NCBI GenBank assembly: GCA_965178125.1
Contig: OZ237775.1
Coordinates: 186,001-250,000, forward strand
DNA from: Bilabrum cf. latius
Taxonomy: Eukaryota
Reading direction: 5' to 3'
DNA: 64,000 nucleotides
Part shown: piece after piece, positions 26,601 through 39,015 of the stretch
How the letters are laid out: every line of letters starts with the position of its first letter
How positions within the stretch are numbered: the stretch's first letter is position 1
The notes under the pieces: generated by a model
What the model was told of the DNA's origin: nothing
The model's database searches: none
What the model saw: the letters and a program-made list of their open reading frames with translations, nothing else
Position numbers and translations under genes: made by a program

Positions 26601-27079
26601 GCAGGCGATTTTTCGACCGGAGCGGTTGCAGGTTTGGATTGCGAAGCTGGTCTTGCAAGGGGCTTCGACGCGCTCGCTCTAGAAGCGGCAACTGGCTTGC
26701 TTCCGGCATTCGCTGCCTCAGAAGAAGAATCTCGAGCTACTGAAATCTAACTCCGTCTACGCTTTCGCCCGTTCTTTGCGCTCCGCTCCCCGGCTATTTT
26801 CGATTTCGGACTACCTTCTGCAGCTCTCACCGCAGGTTGTGCCGATCTATCCACTGGTCGTTTACTCTAGCGACGGCGCTTTTTGGTAGTCAATTTGGCT
26901 CCATTATCCTGTTGTTGCTTGGTCTGGATCGATCTAGTTGCCTTGGGGTCTGATTTGGCGCCTGTGGCTTTTGGTGTTTGTGCTCCGGGCAATTTTGCAC
27001 TCTAGCTAGCTGATTTCTCGGGGGTGTCGCCAACCCGATTTGCACGAATATTCTTGCATATTAACTCCGATATATCCAT
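23612..27079 (-). CDS. Hypothetical Ser/Ala/Lys/Arg-rich disordered protein with central coiled coil (~1,155 aa), probably nuclear
   Basis: ORFs ending at 27002, 25190, 24632, 24383 and 23993 are in one frame (13 TAGs, no TAA/TGA noticed) to TGA 23612-23614. Repeated KKRRR-type basic clusters, (DS)n tract, heptad region 'LQVAIARAVEQRVRLAVESAVRPLEDRL'. The start codon is inferred. Confidence 0.6.
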
Positions 27080-27188
27080 GCGATACTGGAGCTTGGAAAA
27101 TGATGTCAGCTTGGCTCTTTCCCACTTATGCCTGGCATGACGAGTGAGCTGAAAAGGCGCTTCGGCTAGCTGGCAGTCCGACGATACA
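27080..27188. promoter_or_regulatory. Putative bidirectional promoter (109 bp between divergent ATGs)
   Basis: Geometry only: ATG 27079 (-) and ATG 27189 (+); lower GC than the gene bodies. Confidence 0.45.
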
Positions 27189-28041
27189 ATGGCTTCAGCA
27201 GCAGAATCTCGTCCAGGCAAGCCATTTAAACTACCAACATGCGTAGTCAGTTCGGTAAGTGCGGCAACATCCGGATAACGCGGGGCTCCCTGCATGTGCA
27301 CCGTCATATTTTGGTGTGCCTAACCCTCTCTAGCAGAAAGCCGCTGGTCGTGAAGTCAATGTGTCCCTAACAAAGTATGAGGATAGACTATACATAGTTG
27401 CCACGGCCATTGGACGTGTTGGCTCTCTTGTAAGTTGAAGTGTCGTGCAAACGCATGGCAGCACTCGGCGCTCTGCCACGTGAAATTGCAGTCGGTTCAC
27501 AGTGCCTCCATCGCAGTACCATGTAACATCTAGAACAATGATCACGCCCCAAGGTCCGCGAACTGCATTCGACGTTGCTCTGCAGCTTGGAGATCGCTCA
27601 GACGAGCGCGGCGCTCTCATTGCTCGCCGGCTTGGCGAGATGGTTGCAGCGGCCACCGGGCTGCCTCTATTGCTCGCTTTAGGACTACCGCCCATGGATA
27701 CAGAGGAGCTGGAAGCTGCCGGCCGGGATCCTGTCATGGAGCTCGCCGCGGCGCTTTCGTCTGCTGCACTACCCGCAGCATCAAGAGCACCTGCACCAAC
27801 CGCAGCCAGTGCGAGGGCTGGGGATGGGGTGCTGCTCAAAGCAGTCACAGCAGCCGAAACATCATCTCATGCAAGTGCGGGGAGTGCTGCAGTCGAGGCC
27901 AGCGCAGGACCTGCCTCTGCCTCTGTCCCTGCCCCGGTCCCTGCCCCTGTCACTGCTGCTGGAAGTGTGGAGGAGATGGTGGCAGTGGCAGCTGCCATCG
28001 TTGGGGCCGTGGGTCGCAACCTGGGAAAAGTGGCTGTGTGA
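27189..28041 (+). CDS. PSMG3: Proteasome assembly chaperone 3 (PAC3)-like
   Basis: Exons 27189-27254, 27334-27429 and 27517-28041 with GTAAGT donors, all phase 0. The peptide 'VSLTKYEDRLYIVATAIGRVGSL|YHV...FDVALQLGDRSDERGALIARRL...LLLALGL' matches the PAC3 pattern from memory. Ends TGA. Confidence 0.65.
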
Positions 28042-28390
28042 CGAGTGTGATCGTGGCAAAAGTGCATGCTGGCGACCCCTGGGGTGGCCGTGCGATCACG
28101 CTGTGAACACATGCAGCCCCCGCGCCCTGGGGTTGTGGTGTGTGTCTCACGCGTCGACTCAGGAGGCGGATGCTCAACGCTGGCATCTTACGCAGGAACA
28201 TAGTCCAAGCTTGCAAGATCTATGTGATATAAGCAGCCGGCTGGGTAAGCGCTAGCAGTGGCTAGCAGGGGCCGGTGCACCGATAATCGAGCGGTCTACA
28301 TCATCCGGTCACGGGTGCCGTATAAGAGGCCGAACGGACAATGGGGTAAATGATGCACCAGTGGTAGCCAGTCGGGCGCAGGCCAACTGC

Positions 28391-28663
28391 ATCGCAAGTG
28401 ATGCAGACTCAGCGAGGCAGGTAGGTGCCCTCTACTCGTGCTTCAAGAGCCTGCGTGATCGCAAGTGATGCAGACTCAACGAGGCAGGTAGGTGCCCTCT
28501 ACTCGTGCTTCAAGAGCCTGCGTGATCGCAAGTGATGCAGACTCAACGAGGCAGGTAGGTGCCCTCTACTCGTGCTTCAAGAGCCTGCGTGATCGCAAGT
28601 GATGCAGACTCAACGAGGCAGGTAGGTGCCCTCTACTCGTGCTTCAAGAGCCTGCGTGATCGC
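28391..28663. repeat. 67-bp minisatellite, 4 near-identical copies
   Basis: Unit ATCGCAAGTGATGCAGACTCAACGAGGCAGGTAGGTGCCCTCTACTCGTGCTTCAAGAGCCTGCGTG starts at 28391, 28458, 28525 and 28592; one substitution in copy 1; no spacers. Confidence 0.95.
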
Positions 28664-28953
28664 GAGTACACACACAGTGCTAGAGTGGTGGGTCTATGAA
28701 CAGGGTCTGAGGCGATGAAAGCCATGGTGACTTGGCCCACGCAGTTGACTGGATCCGGATGACCTAGTCTATGCCTCGGCGTATGGACTCCGGATCTTGG
28801 CTAAGAACTGCCGCTAGATCTACAACAGCATCGTCATGCTGACGTGGATCGGTCCTGAACGGGATTTGGGTATTGCAACGTGTCTTGTGATCCACAGACA
28901 CACGTTAAGCATTGTCTTCAATGCATCCGAACTCCACTCACAATCCGGGTACA

Positions 28954-31900
28954 TCATCCCGTGTATCCGGCCTCAGCCATCATGTTCCCCAGGATATCCT
29001 CAGCCTCACGCACCTCGTCCTGGTCCTTGGACCCGCCACCATCACGCCTCCCAGAGCTGTCCCTGTTGTCTGCCACTGGGACTCGAACCTGCACTCGGCC
29101 GTCAGATGCACCGCCCCGCCTCGCGATCAATGGGTCCGTCTAAGCCCCTCTACTGGGGTCTTCCTCCTCCTCCGACTCAGTGTCGGTGTCAGTGTCCCCA
29201 CCCTCCTCTCCGCTGGCATCCATGAACATCCTAGCGACTGCGTGCCCCCTCGCATGGGTGCTGCCCCCCCCTGCAGATTCTGCCCCGCGCGCTTCTGCCC
29301 CTCCTTTGCCCTAGTCAGCGCTGACCCCCCCCCCACCACCACGACCATCACTATCGCCATCCTCAACAAACCCAACCGTCCTCGCCCTCTCCTCCCCCTC
29401 CTCACCCCCTCCCAACCCCGCCCCGATCTTGGTCTTGCCGGACGCTGCCCTCTTGGCCATCTTGCCCCCCGCCAGAGTGACCCTGTCCTCAGGCCTGGTA
29501 GTGATCCGCCTCGCCTCTCGAGTGGTCACCCTCTTGCCAGCGATGGAGCACCACCACAGCTGGAACAAACCGCAGCCAAGCAGGATCGAGCCGATTACCA
29601 CGCACCCAGCCACCACCAGCAGTATCACCAGAGTGCGGTCGTACGTGTCCTCGGTAGGACCACCACTCCTAGGGATCGGATCATCCTGCTCCACCCCGAA
29701 CAGCACAGACCTACCCCCCACTCCCTCCAGCAACAGGTCACCCACCAGCCTGACTTCGCCGGCGGCCGCAAAAGCATCCGATCCTCGCTCTATGCTCCCC
29801 GCCCCTGCCCTGGCCCCTGCCACCTAGGCCGCCTCATCCTCGCCGCCCTCCGCCAGTGTGTTCCGCAGCGACAGGCCGGTCACCGGACACGTAGCCGCCA
29901 CCGCCACGTCAATGCTGGGGGTGATCACCGACCGCAGAAAGGCACCTGTCCCCACCATGGCCGGGCTGCCCTGGTCCGCAGGAAGTTCCGCAAGCGTGGC
30001 ATGGCGCCGCGCACTCGCGTCCCAGGTATCACCATCCGCCTCGCTCATCTGCTGCAGCTCGAGTTCGTTTCTCCCCACGACCAGGCCGCCGCGCCGGGCC
30101 TCAGCCGCAGTCACCGAGCTTGACTCGCGGGCTTCCCGCGCCACTCCAGCCATCCGCAATGCAGTGCAGTTGCGACCAACAGCGACCTGCGACAGCGCCC
30201 GCTCCAGTGTGACGAGTGCACGCGCGGCCGTGGGCTGCCCCGCCTCCCCCTCCTGCTCTGTGCCGGCCCTCACCTGGAGCAGCACCTGCAGGCCCCGCTG
30301 GCCGGTGGGCCCATCGGGCCACGCGCCCTCGAGGGTGACCCGCCCCGCGCCTACCCCTGCAACCGCCGCGATCTCCGCCGCCAGCGATGCCTCCAGCGCG
30401 TTCAGAGTGCCAAACGAGGCCAGCAGCAGCCAGGGGTCGCCGCGCATCGCGAAGCGGAACCTCACGTTCGCGTCCGTGGCGGAGCATTGCTGCGAGTTGC
30501 AGGTCCGTCGCAAGGGGGGCCGGGAGAAGGGGTCGCAGCCGAGGCGGGTCACCACCTCCACGCGCGGAGAGTGAAGGTCGTTGCTCGTCGCCGCGCTTTG
30601 GTTCTGTATAGCCAGTGAGCCGATTAAAAACTCCGGGTCGCTCCGCAGCTCCATCCCCTCCCCAGCCAATGCGCCGCGCAGCTGCTCCTGGGAAACCGAC
30701 AGCGCCTCGAGTGCATTCCTGCCCTCGGCCGATAGCGACTCGGAGCTGGAATTCGAGGACCTGTTCCTCGCGCCGAGCACCTGCACCGTGTCCACGACGC
30801 CCCCAAGGACAGGGTCGAACGAAGTCCCCACGCAGAGCACCGCCCGAACCTGGGACCCCCCGCCGCACCCCGCCGTGCACCGAGACCAAGGCCCCGGCCT
30901 CCAGCTGAACACGGACTCGCCCGAGGACCCGCCGATCGGAAGACCCTCGTCCACGGCCTCGCCCCCGTCGTCGCCATCCGACCCACCGGTTGCAACCGCC
31001 CGGTCCACCTGTCGGTTGTCCCACATGCACTCTTCTGCCAGGAATGCAGACCCGGCCAGCAGCTGGGGGCTGATCCGGTTGCAACCGGTGCCCTCGAATC
31101 CAGGCCTGCACTGGCACCGATAGGAAAGGCTCACGTTAAAAGTGTCACTGGGTGCTGCACCGTCATTGCCGCTGCTGCTGCTGCTGCTGTCCACGACAGT
31201 TGCACTCGCCAGGGGGATGCAGACTCCGTGTCCCCCGCATGGCCCTCCCCTGTCCACCCCATCGTCGCTCGTGCAAGGGTTCCCGGCCCGCTCCCAGGCC
31301 AGCTCCCCCTCATTGTTCCCCGGCTCCCACCCCGGGGCACTCTCCCCCTCCAGCGGAACATCGCACGCGGCGCCGCCGAACCCCACGGGACACTCGCACG
31401 CGCCAGTCTCGGAAAAACGGCCTGTCCAGCCCACACCGCCACACCCCGAGCTGGCGTCCATTGCACTTGTCACACCCGATCCACCGGATCTCAGACTCAC
31501 CTGAGGAGTCTGCCCCGGGATGGACACGAAGCCCCCGGAGGCCTGGGAGTCGGGATCACCAGCGGAGACCTCGGGATACGTCATGCTGTCGGGCCAGGGC
31601 ACGTTTGTTCCCTCGCGGACTGCAGCCATCTCCAGCCAGCCCCCCGCCACGCAGGTTGCAACCGCGCGGAGGGCGCTGCTGGCGTTGCGGCTGTCGCAGG
31701 GGAGATACCCCGCGGGACATCCCTGGACGTGCGCGGCGCCGGTTCCGCTATTCCCGGGAATTTCTCTCGCCGTTGCTACCGAGAACTGATTGCCCCCTTG
31801 CAGCGCCGCCAGCAGCCCGCCCCCGTCCCCTGCCGGTAACAGGGTCGCGGCCTGCCCCTGGCCCCCCAGGGGTACCGTCCCCAACATGGGGGCGCACGTT

Positions 31901-32448
31901 CTGTCCGATGGCCGCATGCACCGCAGGCGGATCGCGTCCCCTGGCTGCGCGGGGTCAAGCCCCCACGAGCTCAGGGTATTCCCCCCGTCGCACGCCCCGC
32001 AGGCAAGTGCTCGGTGCGCCCCACGCTCGCACCGGTCGCAGGCAGCGCCACCAGTCGCGGGGTCGCACACGCACCCGTGCTGGCTCGCCGGGAAATCGCC
32101 CCTGGCGGCAATGCCCGGCTCATCGCGACTGCACGAGCCCCTGCCGCTGCAGGCCCACTTCAGCTGCTGCGGGTCCGACAGGGCCAGGGGCAGGCCCGGC
32201 GGCGAGAGGCGCGCGGGGCAGTTCAGCGGCGTCGGCGTCGGGCTCGGGGTTGCAGTCGGGCTCGGGGTCGTGCTAGGCGTCACAGATGGAGTAGGAGTGG
32301 GTGACACGCTCGGAGTTGGGCTCGGGGATACCTGCAGTCGCCTCGCGCCTATCGAATTGTCGCCCAACCCTTGGGTCTATTCCAGTGCGTTGGGTACTCC
32401 AGCGAATGCCAACGCCGCCAAAACAAATACTGTCGGATATGCTTTCAT
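28954..32448 (-). CDS. Type I membrane surface protein with EGF/laminin-EGF-like repeats and a thrombospondin type-1 domain (~1,164 aa)
   Basis: Signal peptide 'MKAYPTVFVLAALAFAG' joined via TAG 32377; 'RRLQ' then PT/S stalk; 'CSGRGSC', 'CECPVGFGGAAC', 'CQCRPGFEGTGC'; TSP1 'WRPGPWSRCTAGCGGGSQVRAVLC'; TM 'LVILLVVAGCVVIGSILLGCGLF' reached via TAG 29824; further TAGs 29311 and 29140; TGA 28954. Confidence 0.8.
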
Positions 32449-32840
32449 CAAGATCTATATAATGTAATGCTGGTGTTCTGCACGACAGGCAATCTTGCTG
32501 CAAGCAGCGATGTACCACCACCGGTGTATCGCAGGTTGCGGTCGCACGAAGCAGTCGACTTGCAGCGAGAAATCGATTCAATATCGCAAATGTAACCAGG
32601 GTCTACGCAATGCAAATCTCCAAAATGGATTTAGAAGCACAGGAGATCCTTGAATCGCCGAGTATTTCGGTGTAAATGCAACCACAACGGTTTCCTACCG
32701 GTTCGCTGTAGAACGTTCGCCAAACAGAAAATAGCAAGCCGAATCGATGCATTCACAACAGCGAAGCAAGCGAATGAATAGGTGTTTATGCCACAGATTA
32801 TTATTCAATGTATATATGCGCTAGAGAATAGCTCAGCCTT

Positions 32841-33560
32841 ATGGAATAGGTAATTTGAGAAATGCTAGGAGGAGGCGGCTAGATTCAGGTGTGTGCTGCT
32901 ATGCAAGGAACGCATCAACGGTAGCTTCGCAGTCCTTGGAATTTGGACCAATTACTCCTTTGTTAGGTCTTGACATAGGCGGCTCGTTAGCGAAACTTGT
33001 CGTGTTTCGGCCCGATGTGGCAGTGAGCAGCAATAATCCGCCCGAGTATCCAGATAGAAACGCGATTGAGTTCTTGGACAGGCTTATCCTTCGCATGCCG
33101 AGGCACCCTGGACACGAACCCAAGCTGCTTCTGCGACGAGACGGCGGTACGTATCACTTCCTCCGGTTCGAGACGCGATGGGTGCCCGACGTAATCCGGG
33201 TTGCCAACGAAGTGGGGTTTGATCCGGAGCTCGGGCCCGTGGTGGCCGCCACGGGAGGGGGCGCCTACAAGTACGCAGATATGCTCCTGGAGGGACTCGG
33301 CGTGCGGTTGCAACCTGTGGACGAGATGCAGGCCACCGTGGAGGGCTACAGGTACTTTGCTGGCCTGGCCGAGCAGCAGGCGTCGGCCAGGGTGGGATGG
33401 GGCAGGGTGGGGAGCCACAGCCACAGCCACAGCCACAGCCATAGTAGCAGTGGCACCAGTGGCAGCAGCAGTGGCACCGCTCAAGCCAAGGAGGGAAGCG
33501 CTGCCTCTCATGCGGCCGATCGTGGCAGTGTCAGAGGCAGAGGCAGAGGCAGAGGCAGTG

Positions 33561-33593
<33 letters not shown>

Positions 33594-34666
33594 GGGGCAC
33601 TGTTGGGCAGGAGGTGCAGGCGGAGGCAGAGGACGACCATGCGGGGTCGGGATCGGACTCGGAATCAGAAATGTACACGTACAGCCTGCAGCAGGACCCC
33701 GCTGGAGAGAAGGTTCCTTTCGACTTCAGCGAAGCGAGGCGAAGCAACCGCGGGGTGCTGGGGGGAGGCGTGGAGGCAGTGAACGGAGGCACCTACACTG
33801 GGCTGGGCAGGGAACCAGCGCTGTTGGTGAGCATGGGCAGCGGGATATCTTTGATCCGGGTGGAGCCTGGGGAAGACGGCAAGCTGGAGCGCGTGAACGG
33901 GTGCAGCATCGGGGGGGGTACCTACTGGGGTCTGGTGCGGCTGCTGACCAACTTCGAGACATTCGACGAATCGATCGAGGCGGCGCAGCGAGGGAACAAC
34001 GAGAAGGTGGCCATGCTGGTGAAGGACATATACGGCGGGTCTTACGCCACGCTTGGGCTGCCTGGGGACATTGTAGCGTGCGATTTCGGCAAGGTGGCAG
34101 TGAGCCCTCTGCCCCATGGGGGGGCTTGGAAGCACCTCCCACGGCGAGCTGCAGAGGAGAGGGGGGGGGAGGAGGAGGAGCGTGAAATTGAGGATCGTGA
34201 GGGTGATGGTCTGGGTGGTAAGGCCGGAAGCGGCAGCGTGTGGGGGCATGGTGCCTCGCGGATCGCGCACGGTGCGAGGCGCCTTGCTGTGAAGGGGAAA
34301 GGGAGTGGGAGTGGGAGTGGGAGTGGGCCGACTCGTGGTGGGAATGAGGATGGTGTGACGAGTGATTCGTCCGAGGAGGAGCCCGTGACGGAGGACGATC
34401 TCGCGAGAGGGGTGCTTGTGCTCGTGCTGAACAACACCGCGCAGGTAGCCTGGCAGACAGCGAAGGAACAGAACGTTCGCCGTGTTCTTTTCGTGGGTTC
34501 GTTTCTTCGCGAGGGGCTGATGATGCGCGTGCTGACCTCTGCTCTCAAGTTCTGGAGCGGGGGCTCGCTGCGGGCTGGCTTCATGCGGCACGAGGGTTAC
34601 TTTGGTGCGATGGGGGCGCTGCTGGAGGCGAGGGAGATGGTGTCACCCGAAAGAGGCAGGAGGTGA
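32841..34666 (+). CDS. PANK: Type II (eukaryotic, fumble-family) pantothenate kinase with low-complexity insertions
   Basis: 'GLDIGGSLAKLV', 'ATGGGAYKY', 'VDEMQATVEG', 'LLVSMGSGIS', 'GCSIGGGTYWGL', 'MLVKDIYGG', 'FMRHEGYFGAMGA'; TGA 34664-34666. A micro first exon ATG GAA TAG (32841-32849) plus intron 32850-32932 is tentative. Confidence 0.9.
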
Positions 34667-34853
34667 TGGTCACTGATCCGAGTATGCAGCGGCGTTGGCA
34701 TTCATCCGGACTTCGGATTGAGGTGGCCGCACCGATTGGCACTGCACTGCACTGTACTGCACTGCAACAGGACAGCACGAACACACCACGCGGGCGGGTC
34801 CAATTTTGACTCGCAGTTTCCCTTGGATCTGCAACATAGCTTTAATAACAACC

Positions 34854-37800
34854 ATGTTATCCCGGATCTCAATCGCAGCCACTGCCGCAGCGATACAGAT
34901 TTGGATCTTCGTGTCGGCGCGTCACGCCGAGGCGTCACTGTTTGCCACCGTACGGCTCGGAGCCAGCTCCCCGGAATTTCCGTGCTCAGCGAGAAGTGCG
35001 TTTTCGTTCCAACCTGTCGGCTCAAAGGCCACCGTCAGCCAGAAGGGCGGCAGCTGCAGTGTTGAACCGGACCTGCCTGGCATGTACACAGTCTCAACGG
35101 GCGGCAATCCTGCTCAAGAAGTCACAATCATGGGGATGAATATTAGTGATGTGCTACCCCATGTCATCAGCAGCTCAACGTTTCCAGCCGGGAGCAGCTT
35201 GGTGGACAGCGACGCACTCCACGACTACTGGGGTTTGCAACAGCCACCAAGTTAGCAGTGCAATGTTGCAGTTGGTGCATCAGGAGGTTTAGAATGGCAG
35301 AGTGTATCGCAGTACGATAGAGCTCACCATGGTCGGCACAGTGAGGATCCACAGGCGCAATCACAGCTGCGCGGGGCTCAAGTAGCCACATCGGGCGCAC
35401 CTGCTACGACGCAGTGCTCATCGCTGCGCAGCACTCGACCCCCCGGCTCCCAGCAAATGAGCTTCTTCAAAGGCCCGGTACTCATCAAACTAAGTGGCTT
35501 GGAACTGGTCGATGCGTCTTCCAATATTTCTGTCCACATAGTGCCGGACCGCCCGTCGCGAGCCGCGGGAGACGACGAGGGCCCGCCCTGCGGCCTCACC
35601 GTTGAGGTGGCGAGTGTGACGAGTGCGCAGGACAAGCTGCAGGTCCGTCTGCTAGCCCGCCAATTCGTAGACGAGCAGGCACGCGTGCTATGGCAGTCTT
35701 CCGTCCCCGCAGGGTCCATGATCCAATCGCCCAGGGGGCGAGCCACGGCCGCAGTCTCAGGAGCACTGAACATCCAGCTGCGCGCGGATGCAAAGAACGC
35801 GAGCCTGCAAGTGACATCCCAGACGAGCAGCGGTGCCAGCTCTGCGTACAGCTACAGCTCCGATCAGATACCTCACGGCCTCGCCTGGCAGACACTGGGG
35901 ATGACCTCTGCGGCCCGCCCCGATCTGCCCCAGATCGTCCTCGGCCGCATGGAGGGAGGGTACGACGGGGGGAGCGCGGTGCTGCTGGGAGCGAGCACAG
36001 CATCGCCTTCAACGAACGTTCGTGTGGGTTCGTCTGGGGAACAAGATGCGGCGCTGGCCCGGCTGGGGTCAATCTCGATCGGGTGGGACATGCCTGCCAA
36101 CTACCTGCCCGGCGTGCTCGCACCGTACACCGACGTGGAGCAGGCCGAACCAAGGGTGGACATGGGGTCATACCACGACGAAAAGACCACCGCGCCTGTC
36201 CCCGCCTCCAGAGGAATGCTTGACGCCACCCTGCCTCCCTTCGAGGCGGATCCATCGGGGAAGAGCGACTCGACACTCGCCATCCAGGCTGCCATCCAGT
36301 TCGCCATGCAGAACGCCATGGCGCTGTGGCTCCCAGCAGGCAACTACACGGTGACCCGGAGCCTCATTGCCTTTGAATACCCGAGGTACACGGCCGGCGG
36401 CGTGGCCGCCTTCAACGGGACGGACAACTACTGTTGGAGCAGGTACAACGCCCTTCACATGAGGGGCCCTTCGGGAGCTCCCAGGCTATCCGCCCATGGG
36501 AGGGCCAGGATCGTCGTCCCACCCAACACGCCCTTCTTCTCCTCTTCTTCACAGGAGCCCCGGACTGAAAGTCCTCGATCGTCCAACGGGCCAGTGCCCT
36601 CGGCCGGTGCCGCGGTGATCAACTTCAACACGATCAACGCGCTGGGCTAGTACCAGACCAACATCGGCATGAACCAGGTGCTGCAGAGCGTGGACATAGT
36701 GGTGGGGCAAGGCAACGATAAGGCCGCCGGCGTGTTTCTTCAGGCGGCGCAGGGCAGCGGCGCCGAGGACGTTGGGGTGGATCTGGGGCCCGACGGGCTG
36801 GTGGGCCTGCTGGGGGGCGCTGGCAGCGGGGGGGCGCACCACGGAATCACCGTGAAAGGGGGCAAGATCGGGTTCGACCTGCGGGAGGCGCAGCCCGCAC
36901 CCACGCTCAGTGGGGCCATAGCCGTGGGATAGCAGTGCGCCTCGCTGCTGTACCTGGGCAAAGGGGCCTTGTCTGTGGTTGGCTTCAACTTCACGATGGC
37001 ACCTGATGCCGCCGGGGCCCAGGCTGTTGGTAGCGCGCTGAGCTACTTTGATGCAAATGCTGGAGACAAGGTGCGACGAGGACCGTTGGGCACGACGGAC
37101 ATGTCTGAGTGTGAAGCGGCGGCATAGGTATCTGGCATCACGGGTCACGTGGCAGGTCATGGTGAGTTGAGAACCGATGAGATTGCCGAAAGCACGGAGG
37201 ACATACAAGCTGGCGGGCTTGGGCTTGGGCGGACCAGCGCCTACTACACCGGTCTCATCGCTCTTGTGGACGGGGTGATTGAGACCCCTGCAGGGGCGGC
37301 GTGCGTGTCCACGGGCCGCCCCATCACGATGGAGAACGTGTGGACCGCGGGGTGCGAGACCATCGCAGAGGGCAGCGCGGCAGATCTTCCCGTCAAGGAG
37401 CAGGCATGGGCAGTGCGCAGGAACCAATCCAGAGCCAATGCGCAGCATGAGGGGAGTGAAGCCGCCAAGTGGGTGGTGCTGAACAGGGTCACCGCAAGCG
37501 TCGATACCCCCCCCACCCAGGGGTACACCTACCCGTCGCCTGTGTACAGCAATGGGTAGAGGACGGTCCCAACGCCAGGCAGCATACCGCAGGAGTCGAA
37601 CACGCATGAGGCACCCGCGGGCAGCAGCCCTCCATCGGACATCATCACTCGTCACACCTGGAGCACGGACTGGCCCTCCGTTGAGTCGCAGGGCGTCATA
37701 TTCGCCGAGGACCGCGGCGCGAAGGGGGACGGATACACGGACGACCACGGCGTGCTGCAGGGGCTGCTCGACGGGCCCGGGAATCCAGTCGTTGCCCTCA

Positions 37801-38921
37801 CTCGAGGCAGGTACATCGTGTCCAAGCCACTCGTCACACCGCCCGGGGCGGCCCTGGTTGGCCTGACGAGGCACCTGACGGTGATCAGCCCGCCGGCCCG
37901 AGGGATGAGCGCGCCCGCGGGGCAGGTGCAGCCCACGGTGGTGCTAGGCGCTACTCCGGGCAGCACGGTGCGCGCACCCGGAGGCACATCGACGGTAGCA
38001 CCGCAACGCGATGCACCCAGCGTGCTCTCCCACCTCACCGTGGAGACCCCCCTGCACCTGACCAACGTGACCGGCATCACCGCCGTGGGCCCCTTCGAGT
38101 CAAGACAGAGCTACACCCACAGGAAGAACGTCTGCGGGTCCGACTGGTCTGCACCTTGCCAGAGGCTCTGGAATGAGACCTTGCGGGCCACCAGCCCTCA
38201 GGTGGTGTTTTCGGGTGGGGCTGCGCAGGGGAGGTGGTGGACGTTTTTCCTTGAGGACTACATCCTCGAGGCGCTGAACGTGGGGCCGGCCAGCAAGGTG
38301 CAGCCCACTGCGGGGCACGGGGGACCGGTGGAAGCAACGTACCGCCACGTACTCATCGAAAACGCCAACGAAGGTTCGCTGCGGTTCTACCAGTTTAACA
38401 CGGAGCACGCACGGTCTGACGCAAACGCCGAGATCAGGAACAGCAGCAACGTGACCATGTACTCCCTGAAAACAGAGGGCAACGCATGCGTGCTGTGGAT
38501 CAGGAACTCAACGGACATAACCATGTTTGGGTCGGGGGGCAACGCAGTTGCCCTGCCACTGAGCGCCAACTACTCGCAGGGGTACACCCAGGGGATTCCG
38601 CCCTCCCTCTACAGGGTGGACGAAGGTTCGTCGAGGGTTCGCCTGGTGGTCCCCACGGACCAGGGGAGAACCAAGGGGGGCAGTCCCTCCGAGTTTCCGG
38701 GGGAGGGGTTCGATCCCAGGACGTGGAGCATGGTGACCTGGAGCGGCAACCTGTCATCGCCCGCTGATGGCACCCACTGGCACGCGGGCTCGGGCGGGGC
38801 GGTCTCGGGTTAGGGCAATCAAGGGCAGATGCACCACGGTGGTGATGTGATGGGCAGCACGGGAGGCGGGTGGCATTTTTCAAAGCCGCTCGACCGACCG
38901 GGGCTGTGGAAATGGGACTGA
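34854..38921 (+). CDS. Secreted beta-helix glycoside hydrolase (GH55/pectate_lyase_3-like, two beta-helix starts; ~1,355 aa)
   Basis: Signal-like N-terminus; 'MLDATLPPFEADPSGKSDSTLAIQAAI...LWLPAGNYTVT' and 'AEDRGAKGDGYTDDHGVLQ...RGRYIVSKPL'; one frame through TAGs 35253, 36648, 36930, 37125, 37557 and 38811; TGA 38919-38921. Confidence 0.7.
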
Positions 38922-39015
38922 AACGCTGCAGGCAGGATCGTGGGGTGCAAACCGGAACACTCGGTGCCTCTACCTCCAGATTTCCGGGCATTATTGGCGC
39001 TGGTAGTCAGGGTTT

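Noticed and set aside
28391-28663. CRISPR array
   Set aside because: Units are contiguous with no unique spacers, no cas genes are present, and the context is eukaryotic.
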